Numbered from the stretch's first letter, positions 1-7,431 are shown. The stretch: DNA of 21,523 nucleotides from Candidatus Micrarchaeota archaeon (GCA_013331805.1 DUFS01000027.1:1-21523); one strand, 5' to 3'. The notes: generated by a model not told the origin, from the letters alone. Program-made: numbers and translations.

Positions 1-1
1 A

Positions 2-1378
2 TTCATGAACTCGCTTCAAAAAGGGAACAGTTTTTTTCAGAGGAGGCAAATCCCCAAGTTTCAGCAGCATGGACAGCAGCATTTGCTCTGAAGATTTCAG
101 GCTTTTGGTGATGAATCCCCTGGTGATGGCCTGGAAAAGTTCGAGCTCGTCCCTGACCAGCCGGGTAACGAGGAAATCCTTGCGCACTTTCTCGGTGGCG
201 TTTTTCCCAATGGCTTCTGCTTCCCGCTTGTGCTTCAGCAGGTAGCTTATCTTTGTTGCGCAGTCGTCGATTCCATCGCACAGGAGTCCATTGACTCTGT
301 TTTCTATCTGGAGTGGGATGCCGCCCACCCGGCTCGCCACTACCGGCTTTCCCTTCCACATGGCTTCGGTGACGGTAAGGCCGAACCCCTCTCGGAGAGA
401 TTTTTGCACCACCACGTCCGCCCTCCTCTGCAGCGCGTTTACCAGCCTGTCGCTCTGCACGGTCAGGAGGGAGATGTCCTTGTCCTTCTCGGCTTCGGAA
501 TAGGCGTTCCTGAAAATTGCGTCCCCTTCCGGGTCATCTGCCGCCATGCCGCCCATCAGGACAAGCTGGCAGTCGATTTCCTTTTTCACCTTCCTGTACG
601 CGTGTATCACGCCTAGGGGGTCCTTCCAGGGGTCGAAACGGGAAACCTGAAGTATCATGGGCTTCTGCGAATCGATTCCGTTCCTGCTAAGCTCCCTTGC
701 CACCTCCCAGCTTGAGAGCCTGCGGTTTTTCTCAGATAGCGGGTCTATTGCGGGAGCCATGAAATAGTGCGGCTTTCGAAGGGAGGTTTTGTACTTTCTT
801 GCAGAAACCACTATCGCCTCGTAATCGTTGAGGTATTTTTTCAAATACCTCCAGGTTTTCCTGTTCGGGGAAGTGAGGTCCAGATGGCATCGCCAGACCC
901 ACGGCTGCTTCTTCTGCAACTCTGCAAGGCTCAGCAGCAGCGGAAGAGGCTTGTATAGCGAGGGCGACTCCCTCCTGTAATGCGCCACCATCCCGCATGG
1001 CTGGGGGTCATCTATGACGACCATGTCGTACCATTCAAGATTCATGAAGCTGGAGTTCTGGGAGATGGTCGCCTCGTAAGTCGTGATGTCTTCGCTGGTC
1101 AGCTCGACTTTCATCCCCTGGAGGGAATTGTGCATCTTCTTGGTTACCATGAAAAAGTCCCTGTCACCTCTCAAGAGGCGCCATTCGGTTTTCAGGCCGG
1201 CTTCGTTCAGAAGCGGGATGTAGGATGTGAGCATCTCCGCGACGCCTCCCCCGTAATAGGTGGAGTTCACGTGGACCATCGATTTTTCCGCAAGCTTTGC
1301 GCCCATCTTGTAAATCTGCTGCACGCAGTCTTCTCCGACGAACTCAGCGTACTTGTCAAGTTTTTTCAACTGCATCAT
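2..1378 (-). CDS. treT: Trehalose synthase TreT (GT4 glycosyltransferase), 3' end truncated by window edge
   Basis: Translated by hand; not in the ORF track because there is no stop before position 1. The frame is open for 459 codons from ATG 1378 (MMQLKKLDKYAEFVGE). TreT motifs: VHVNSTYYGGGVAEML, KKMHNSLQG, IDDPQP, WVWRCHLDLT, PAIDPLSEKN, QVSRFDPWKDPLGVI, QKSLREGFGLTVTEAMWKGKPVVASRVGGIPLQI. Its start overlaps the otsB stop (ATGA). Confidence 0.9.
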   Translation of the reverse strand, partial: MMQLKKLDKYAEFVGEDCVQQIYKMGAKLAEKSMVHVNSTYYGGGVAEMLTSYIPLLNEAGLKTEWRLLRGDRDFFMVTKKMHNSLQGMKVELTSEDITTYEATISQNSSFMNLEWYDMVVIDDPQPCGMVAHYRRESPSLYKPLPLLLSLAELQKKQPWVWRCHLDLTSPNRKTWRYLKKYLNDYEAIVVSARKYKTSLRKPHYFMAPAIDPLSEKNRRLSSWEVARELSRNGIDSQKPMILQVSRFDPWKDPLGVIHAYRKVKKEIDCQLVLMGGMAADDPEGDAIFRNAYSEAEKDKDISLLTVQSDRLVNALQRRADVVVQKSLREGFGLTVTEAMWKGKPVVASRVGGIPLQIENRVNGLLCDGIDDCATKISYLLKHKREAEAIGKNATEKVRKDFLVTRLVRDELELFQAITRGFITKSLKSSEQMLLSMLLKLGDLPPLKKTVPFLKRVHE

Positions 1379-2079
1379 CCCCAGGCAAGCTCATGTTTCA
1401 GGAACTGGAAGAGCATGCGCCCGCTTATTTTTCTCACGCCTTTCATCCTCGTTTCATGGGATTTTATCAGCGCGCCTTGGAAATTGGGAAGGGTCGACGC
1501 CTTCCGTATTGCCTCCCCGTCAGAATAGTCATCCCCTACAAACACGATTCGTCTGTTCCTGTTTCCTGCGGCAATGCCCCAGAGGACCTGGCTCTTTGTC
1601 TTCGCTTTTTTTGGGAGGAATTCGATGCATTTCCTGCCCCTTATCATCCTGGAACACTTATTCGCCTTGTCCAAAAGACTTGACAGCGCCATCATGATTT
1701 TCGCCTCGCGCATCCCAGATTTTCTGAAGTGCAGCGCAAAGCCCGATTTCTTGCTTTCCATGACAACCCCGCGAATGCCCTTCGCGAATTTTGCCGCCTC
1801 ATTTTCCAGATCAGCCATTGCGCGCGTTTTTACCAGTCCCTCATTGCCATGCAGCCCTATCACCCTGATGCCGCCGGCGCCCACGAGCTGGCGCTGCACG
1901 AAGTCTCGCGGTCTTCCAGTCAGTATTACTACTTTGGCAACGCAGGCGATTTTTTCAAGCTCCGCCTTCGTTTTCGCAGAAATTTTTGCCTGTGCTGGAT
2001 TCGGCACAACCCTTGCCAAGGTGCCGTCAAAATCCAGTATTACCAGGGGTTTTTTCGCCCTCACGCCGGTCTTTGCCAT
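1375..2079 (-). CDS. otsB: Trehalose-6-phosphate phosphatase (HAD IIB family)
   Basis: HAD motifs LDFDGTL, LTGR and FVGDDYSD, plus TPP-like GLHGNE, ESKKSGFALHFR and GRKCIEFLP. Start moved to ATG 2079 (MAKTG), about 21 nt downstream of a TATA-like box. Confidence 0.88.
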   Translation of the reverse strand: MAKTGVRAKKPLVILDFDGTLARVVPNPAQAKISAKTKAELEKIACVAKVVILTGRPRDFVQRQLVGAGGIRVIGLHGNEGLVKTRAMADLENEAAKFAKGIRGVVMESKKSGFALHFRKSGMREAKIMMALSSLLDKANKCSRMIRGRKCIEFLPKKAKTKSQVLWGIAAGNRNRRIVFVGDDYSDGEAIRKASTLPNFQGALIKSHETRMKGVRKISGRMLFQFLKHELAWG

Positions 2080-2100
2080 GGAGCGGTTGGGGGCAGGAGG

Positions 2101-2157
2101 AATAAAAACCGTTGGGCATCCGGGGCGCATGGGCGGTTTGCGAATACACATATAAAA
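2101..2157. promoter_or_regulatory. Divergent archaeal TATA-box promoters for otsB-treT and the MscS gene
   Basis: TTTTTATT on the minus strand (2108-2101) lies about 21 nt before the otsB ATG. TATAAAA on the plus strand (2151-2157) lies about 21 nt before ATG 2179. Both are AT islands in a GC-rich spacer. Confidence 0.6.
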
Positions 2158-2178
2158 GTTTGGCGCACACATGATGGC

Positions 2179-3015
2179 ATGCCAATCGAGGATGTCCTAT
2201 TGGGGCTTGGGCTTGACGCAAGGGACCTTGCAGTAGCCGCGCTGATACTCGTGTTCGGCTACATCATTGGAAAGACTGTCAAGCAGTTCATGCTCAAGAT
2301 ATCCGAATCGAGCGGAGTTCGGCAAAAACTCCGGTTCGGTATCGAGAAGGAGGTGAAAAAATTCGGCTTCAGCGTAGATTTCACCTACATGGGCGCCCTT
2401 GTCCTGAAATACGCCATATACCTGCTTGCGATATTCCTTGCCTTCAGGGCGCTGAACATCGAGATAGGCATGAACACCGTCCTGTTGCCCCTCATAGCTT
2501 ACATCCCAAATATCCTCGGCGCGGCAATCATCCTGCTCGTCGGAAGCGCGATAGTCGAGATAGTGGCGGACATAGTGAAATACAGGCTCCGCGACGCGAT
2601 TGACGAGAAAGCCGGCGAGATCGGGCCGATGAACATCTCGACGCCCATAGCGTCCTTGGTAAGGTATTTCCTTTACGCCATAATATTCATAACCGCATTT
2701 TTGCAGCTAGGCATTAGGGCAGAGGGACTGCTGGCATTTGTTTTGGCCGCCTCAGTGGTTTTCCTGGCTGCTGCAGCCATTCTTGCCGTCTTCTCCCTCA
2801 AGGACCATGTTCCCAACCTGACCGCGGGATTGTACCTCAGGCGGAGCAAAATAATTGGAACAGGTGACACGCTTACTGCCTGTGGCATATCAGGAAAAGT
2901 GGCTGGGATAACGACACTTGCGACGATAGTCAGAAACAAGGGCGGAACGCACTACCTCCCGAATGCGAAAATAACCGGGGGCGTTTTTTCAATAAACAGG
3001 AAGAAGAGGAGTTAG
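2179..3015 (+). CDS. Small-conductance mechanosensitive channel (MscS family) with extra N-terminal TM helices
   Basis: Several hydrophobic helices, a TM-helix-repeat-like IAYIPNILGAAIILLVG, and an MscS-like core FSLKDHVPNLTAGLYL..GD..ISGKVAGITTLATIV..YLPNAKI. Start moved to ATG 2179 because the longer ORF overlaps otsB antisense. Confidence 0.8.
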   Translation: MPIEDVLLGLGLDARDLAVAALILVFGYIIGKTVKQFMLKISESSGVRQKLRFGIEKEVKKFGFSVDFTYMGALVLKYAIYLLAIFLAFRALNIEIGMNTVLLPLIAYIPNILGAAIILLVGSAIVEIVADIVKYRLRDAIDEKAGEIGPMNISTPIASLVRYFLYAIIFITAFLQLGIRAEGLLAFVLAASVVFLAAAAILAVFSLKDHVPNLTAGLYLRRSKIIGTGDTLTACGISGKVAGITTLATIVRNKGGTHYLPNAKITGGVFSINRKKRS

Positions 3016-4289
3016 CCCTGCAAAAGGCCATTGTAGAGCTCAAGGTGCTCGCGGTACCCTATTTCCGAATCGAATTTCTCGCCGAAAATCCTCTTCCCCT
3101 CCTCCCCCATCCTCGCCCTTAGCCCCGGATCTTTGGCAAGAATGGTCAGCTTCCCCGCAAGCTGTCCTGCGTCCCCTGTCTCGAACAGGTAGCCGCTGAT
3201 TCCGTCTTTTATCTGGACCGGTATGCCGCCAATATTGGAGCCTACCACCGGCTTTCCGAACAGCATGCCCTGCGAGACGGTCAAGCCAAAGCCCTCGTGG
3301 ACGGATGGCTGCACCACGGCATCGCAGGTTGCGTAAAGCTTGTTCACTTCTGCGTCGGGAAGGTAGCCGGTGAAGACGGTTTGCCTTGAAACCCCCAGCG
3401 TATGGGCAAGAGAAACCAGCGATTCCCTGTAGCCTCCGCGTTCCTTGCCCATGAGCTTCTGCGTGAATGAGCCGTTGCCCACAAAGACGCACTTGGCTTC
3501 CGGAAACTGCTTTGCGACCGTTTCCATAGCCTGCACCAGTACTTCCTGCCCCTTGCGCGGGTCCATGCGGCTTACGCACAGTATGAGGAAGTCGCTCTTT
3601 CCAATGCCGAGCTTCTCCCTTGCGTCGTTTTCGCCCAGGACGGTGTACTCTCCTGCATCTATGAACGGGTAGATTCGGGTTATTTTATTGTCCGGAAGGC
3701 CGGCTGCGGACGCGGCGGACACGTATTCCTCGGTTGACAGGACCACGCGGTCGTAATCGGTCATGTAGCCCGCGATGAACCTTTTCCAATTGTCAAGCAT
3801 CCCGCCGCTGAAAGGTATGTGGAACGTGAAAACCTTGGGCACCGCAAGGTCCTTTAGCATGCCGGCAAGCGGGAGAAGCTGGAAGTCGTGGATGTGGAGA
3901 ATGTCAAATGGCTTGTAACCGTACGTGTCGAGCACGTATTCCTTTATCTTCCCACTGACTTTCAGATAGTCGGAAAATTCCGGAAGTGTCTTTGGGTCAG
4001 GGGCTATCTCCCCCGAAAGGTGGGTGGCGTTGAGCAGGCATTCCTTGAACCTCATATAGCCTGCCATGGTTTCTGTGCCGACCCCCTCCACGTTCGTGCG
4101 CAAAAGGGGTATGCCCGAGGAAAAATCTATGGCATCGAGATTCTGCGCCTTGAAATGCATCACGCGGAAATCATGGCCGTCCCGGATGAATCTTTTGCCC
4201 AGGGCATTGACGTATTTCGTAAGCCCGCCCATGAATGGCAGGAAAGATTGGCTTACGCTGCATATGCTCAGGTATTTGTCCATGGGCAT
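3012..4289 (-). CDS. GT4 (GT-B fold) glycosyltransferase, probably trehalose-related
   Basis: GGLTKYV N-terminal loop, DILHIHDFQLLPL..FTFHIPF, VSRMDPRKGQ and QPSVHEGFGLTVSQGMLFGKPVVGSNIGGIPVQI. TATA-like TTTTATA at 4312-4306. The start may be 4289 or 4283. Confidence 0.85.
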   Translation of the reverse strand: MPMDKYLSICSVSQSFLPFMGGLTKYVNALGKRFIRDGHDFRVMHFKAQNLDAIDFSSGIPLLRTNVEGVGTETMAGYMRFKECLLNATHLSGEIAPDPKTLPEFSDYLKVSGKIKEYVLDTYGYKPFDILHIHDFQLLPLAGMLKDLAVPKVFTFHIPFSGGMLDNWKRFIAGYMTDYDRVVLSTEEYVSAASAAGLPDNKITRIYPFIDAGEYTVLGENDAREKLGIGKSDFLILCVSRMDPRKGQEVLVQAMETVAKQFPEAKCVFVGNGSFTQKLMGKERGGYRESLVSLAHTLGVSRQTVFTGYLPDAEVNKLYATCDAVVQPSVHEGFGLTVSQGMLFGKPVVGSNIGGIPVQIKDGISGYLFETGDAGQLAGKLTILAKDPGLRARMGEEGKRIFGEKFDSEIGYREHLELYNGLLQG

Positions 4290-4326
4290 ATCTCCAGCGG
4301 CAAACTATAAAACCATGACGCGGAGT

Positions 4327-4344
4327 TGCCAGGTTATCCTGGCA
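4327..4344. repeat. Perfect inverted repeat TGCCAGG-TTAT-CCTGGCA (candidate operator or hairpin)
   Basis: 7-bp arms with a 4-nt spacer in the intergenic region, about 15 nt upstream of the GT4 gene's TATA-like box. Confidence 0.5.
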
Positions 4345-4402
4345 GAAGGTCTGATGCGTAGGAATCTAACCCCCTAGAGGCGATAGCCCTCACCTAGCTT
4401 TC

Positions 4403-4822
4403 CTACTTCTTTTCGGTAATCATCCTGTAGAAGTTGTAGGCAAGCACAATCCCTGCAAGCATCAGCGTGCCGTGGAAGCCGTAGTCTATGTAAAGCAGCC
4501 CCTGCGTGTCCATGCCGTTTGATATATGGAAGTTGTCGTGCGGCCACCATGAGACCATCAGCCACGAAATGGCCACAAATGACTGGGTCGCCATGCTTCT
4601 CATCTTCCCATCCATCCCGCTTATTGCCTTTCATCCGAAGTAGATGAATGCCGTTCCGGCTCCGAAGAAGAGAGCTTCTATTGCAGATAGCAGAATGAAG
4701 AAGGGCAACTGCGACTCAGTAGGATGGATGTCCGGGGATGGCTTCCACAGCACTGGGCCAAGCGCAAATGCCGGTATTCCTATCACGAAGGTCATCAAAA
4801 CCGCCTTTTGCCAATCTTTCAT
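4403..4822 (-). pseudogene. Small multi-TM membrane protein (139 codons) interrupted by one in-frame TGA at 4633-4631
   Basis: Track ORFs 4631..4879 and 4403..4615 share a frame: TTC GGA TGA AAG GCA ATA AGC GGG ATG reads FIYFG*KAISGMDGK. GAGGTG Shine-Dalgarno before ATG 4822 and TTAAATAAA at 4864-4856. The C-terminal half carries WWPHDNFH..YGFH. Confidence 0.7.
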
Positions 4823-4965
4823 CAAGAGCACCTCGTTAAAGCGCAGGCATTGGTGTTTATTTAAGATCTGACAGCGCAAAAATGGGTAGCCGCCAATATT
4901 CCAAATCAGGACTCCCGGGGCTGTAAACTCTTTTATTTTTATATATCCAAAATAGTATCGTGGAA

Positions 4966-5415
4966 ATGGGAATCAGGGCGCAGGGCGCAACCGAGTACAT
5001 AATTCTGGTTGGCATAGCCATGTTGGTGGCGCTCATAGGCATTGCCGCAATCAATTTCTTCAGCAATATGTCAGACTCCCAGCTAGTGCAGTCAAGCATA
5101 TACTGGGTGGAAGCGACCCCGATTGCTATCGTGGAGCACTCAGTTTCAAACTCCACAGGTGTCGCAAGCATCGTGCTGATGAACAACGACCCCTCTGAAG
5201 AGGTGACAATACTCCGAGTTGGATTGGGCAATGCAACAAACTCAACGCAGTTCATGCTCGGCTCAGGGAAGAAGGCCACCGTGTCTGTCGCAGGGCTTGG
5301 AACGGGGAAGGCCGGGGAAATCTACGACCTGAACGTGACAATCAGCTACAGGACGTCCAGGGGCTTGGTGAAGGTTCAGCATGGCAGCAAGAACCTGGTC
5401 GGAAAATACGCTTGA
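4966..5415 (+). CDS. Class III signal peptide protein (archaeal type IV pilin-like)
   Basis: MGIRA|QGATEYIILVGIAMLVALIGIA has a basic residue, a cleavage site, Q+1, E+5 and a hydrophobic helix, followed by a beta-rich domain with N-x-S/T sequons. TTTATATA at 4938-4945. Confidence 0.8.
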   Translation: MGIRAQGATEYIILVGIAMLVALIGIAAINFFSNMSDSQLVQSSIYWVEATPIAIVEHSVSNSTGVASIVLMNNDPSEEVTILRVGLGNATNSTQFMLGSGKKATVSVAGLGTGKAGEIYDLNVTISYRTSRGLVKVQHGSKNLVGKYA

Positions 5416-5424
5416 ATCCATCCA

Positions 5425-5441
5425 CTTTTTTTAATATTTTT
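5425..5441 (+). terminator. T-rich tract after the pilin-like gene (candidate archaeal intrinsic terminator)
   Basis: A run of Ts begins about 10 nt after the TGA, at the junction of two convergent genes. Confidence 0.35.
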
Positions 5442-6330
5442 GGGCAAGCTCGAGGACAAACCTGACATAGCGAGGGTCCCCGTTGTAGTCATAAACAGCC
5501 CAGAAGTTCTTTCCAGCCTCCTCAAAGCCTTCCATGTTTGTGGCCCCTTTCTTCATCAGGTATTGCGCAGTCAGGTATATTGAAGTTTTGAACGAGGAAA
5601 GCTCCTCCCAGCTTTTGCTTTCCGGGCGCTCAAGTTTCCTGTAAAGCGTGGACGGAAGGTACTGGCCCGGGAATATCGCGCCTTCCGATGAGCCCTTGAC
5701 CGAATAAGGGTCGACATTGTAATCCTTGCAGAGCCTCAAAAAATCCGCAAGCTCTTCCAGGATTTTCGCTTTTTTGCGCGGCTGGTTCTGTATTTTGGTC
5801 ATGAACAGGTTGAAAACAGGGTAATCCGCCTCAGCAAGCCCGAACTTGGTCTCAATGCCCAGGATGGCTGCGATTAGCTCTTTGGGCGCATTGTATTTTT
5901 TCTCCGCCTTTTCAAAGTCCTCCTCATAAAGGCCGATAAGCTTGGCAAACTTCCCCATCACCGCAAGCTCGAAAAAGTGGTTGTCCTCCTTGTATTTCAA
6001 ATACACTTTCTCGCTCATGGAATCATACTGGCGAAGCAGCCTTGCCCTGTTCTCTGCTTTGGAGGTTTTTTTCACTTCTTCTTTCTTCGGCCTGACGAAT
6101 CCTCCTTCTGGGATTGGCTCGGGCTTGGGGAATCCAAGAAGGCCGAGCCTGGCGTCACCGAACCACGCCTGCAGCCGGTTTTCCGAAAATCCGTTTTTCC
6201 TTAGGAAATCCATTGCTTCCTTCAAGGTTTTTTCTTCAGGAGGAATGCGGACTTCGCGCTGCTCTGCCACCCGTGTCGCATCAGGCTGGACGGTATTCAC
6301 TTTTAGTCTGCTTTCAATCTGAAAGAGCAT
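5431..6330 (-). CDS. Lytic murein transglycosylase, MltB/Slt35 (SLT_2) family-like
   Basis: KYNAPKELIAAILGIETKFG (putative catalytic E160), EELADFLRL, KGSSEGAIFPGQYLPST, AQYLMKKG and NFWAVYDYNGDPRYVRFVLELA parallel the ordered MltB motifs. Confidence 0.8.
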   Translation of the reverse strand: MLFQIESRLKVNTVQPDATRVAEQREVRIPPEEKTLKEAMDFLRKNGFSENRLQAWFGDARLGLLGFPKPEPIPEGGFVRPKKEEVKKTSKAENRARLLRQYDSMSEKVYLKYKEDNHFFELAVMGKFAKLIGLYEEDFEKAEKKYNAPKELIAAILGIETKFGLAEADYPVFNLFMTKIQNQPRKKAKILEELADFLRLCKDYNVDPYSVKGSSEGAIFPGQYLPSTLYRKLERPESKSWEELSSFKTSIYLTAQYLMKKGATNMEGFEEAGKNFWAVYDYNGDPRYVRFVLELAQKY

Positions 6331-6353
6331 GCTTTCCCTAATGCCTCAAAGTG

Positions 6354-6394
6354 TTTTTAAGGCTGGCTTTCGTGGCAGGCAAATAGGTTTTAAA
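6354..6394. promoter_or_regulatory. Divergent TATA-like boxes for the transglycosylase and membrane-protein genes
   Basis: TTAAAAA on the minus strand (6360-6354) and TTTTAAA on the plus strand (6388-6394) each lie about 23 nt from the respective start codon. Confidence 0.55.
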
Positions 6395-6417
6395 CATTTG
6401 ACAGGCTAACCGAATGC

Positions 6418-7353
6418 GTGAAGGGAAAAGCACTCCTGGCGCTCTTTGTCCTGCTTCCGCTGGTTTCTTCAGCGCAGGCTGGAAATCTTGCGAAGGAAGC
6501 AGAACCAATTGCCAAGGAGCTCCAGATGGCAATGGCTATCGGGGTGCTGCTCTGTTACATATTCGCAGCAGGAAGGATAGCCGACTTCCTCCAGTCTTCA
6601 GGCAGGAGCGTTTCGAAAAAAGAGATAATCTACGCGCCGATTGCCTACGTTCTCTTTTCCATGATCGGCGTGATTTTCTACTTCGGCTCTGGCTCATTTG
6701 CCCCTCCGCAAAACACCCTGATCACCAATGCAGTTTATCTGCTCCTCATACCGCTTGGGATTGCCATAGGTGTGGGCACAGTGGTGCTGCACTCATTTTT
6801 CCGGGACAGGCTCAATGCGGTGCAATCACTTGACCTTTCGATGAAAATTATCCTTGCCCCGATTTTTGATGGCATGAGGGGCTACTGGGTGGCCATTGGC
6901 GCTGCGGCGCTGGTTGTCTTCATCTCAGGCGCGTCATATTTCTCATCAGGAGGCAATTTCTCGCTGGTGACATTCGACTTCCTGCTTGCATCCATACTGG
7001 TCGCGATTTACTTCCTCTATAAGGCGTTCACCTCCAGGACCAACGAGGGAAGGGCGTCAAACATTGTGACGATGCTTACAGTTCTTTCCCCAAGCCTGCT
7101 CCGGCTCTATTTCAGGGAAATGGTCTGCGCATGGCTCACCAAAATACCGATTGATTTTTTCAGGTCCTGCCCGCTTGACCAGGTTGGAAGCGAAGTCACC
7201 CTGGCACTTTCCGTGGCAGCCACCCTGCTGGTGCTGGTTCCCGTCATACCGCTCATCTATGCCGTAATGGTCAATGCGCTTCGCGTTTTGAGCGTTCTCC
7301 AGGTGCTCACAAGAAAAGAGCGTGCCTTCAAGCCAGTTGACAAAACAGACTAG
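6418..7353 (+). CDS. Hypothetical polytopic membrane protein with N-terminal signal peptide
   Basis: GTG start, signal-like MKGKALLALFVLLPLVSSAQA, then about 7 hydrophobic segments. No family recognised. Confidence 0.75.
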   Translation: MKGKALLALFVLLPLVSSAQAGNLAKEAEPIAKELQMAMAIGVLLCYIFAAGRIADFLQSSGRSVSKKEIIYAPIAYVLFSMIGVIFYFGSGSFAPPQNTLITNAVYLLLIPLGIAIGVGTVVLHSFFRDRLNAVQSLDLSMKIILAPIFDGMRGYWVAIGAAALVVFISGASYFSSGGNFSLVTFDFLLASILVAIYFLYKAFTSRTNEGRASNIVTMLTVLSPSLLRLYFREMVCAWLTKIPIDFFRSCPLDQVGSEVTLALSVAATLLVLVPVIPLIYAVMVNALRVLSVLQVLTRKERAFKPVDKTD

Positions 7354-7431
7354 CGCCCTAGCCGGATCTGAAACCCAACCATATATATTTGTTGTCTGCT
7401 TTCATCCAATCGATGAATCTGGGGGTGCAAC

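Noticed and set aside
3..1697. Track ORFs 3..359, 230..616, 291..503, 732..998, 767..958, 980..1528, 1297..1683 and 1353..1697
   Set aside because: All are alternate-frame or antisense shadows of treT (2..1378, missed by the track) and otsB.
1729..2178. 150-aa N-terminal extension on the MscS ORF
   Set aside because: It overlaps otsB antisense and the promoter spacer, has no recognisable domain, and a TATA box sits just before ATG 2179.
4310..4402. SECIS element for selenocysteine insertion at the TGA
   Set aside because: The downstream hairpins lack the GAA/A internal loop of archaeal SECIS on the coding strand, and the codon context suits Trp rather than a redox Cys.
4631..4633. Genome-wide TGA recoding (genetic code 4 or 25)
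   Set aside because: TGA ends otsB, pyrD, pyrK, slyD and purH at their expected C-termini, and no other gene in the window has an internal TGA.
4374..4634. 86-aa ORF starting at the ATGA over the internal stop, read as a coupled second gene
   Set aside because: Its translation has no recognisable features, while the original frame continues with coherent TM helices and the His motif.
4865..4930. Possible structured RNA or riboswitch (ACAGC...GCTGT pairing) in the divergent spacer
   Set aside because: Only a 5-bp complement, no recognisable tRNA or riboswitch consensus, and the spacer is explained by two promoters.
5431..7353. Prophage lysis cassette (endolysin plus holin)
   Set aside because: There are no phage structural, integrase or replication genes, the two genes are divergent, and the flanks are host-like.
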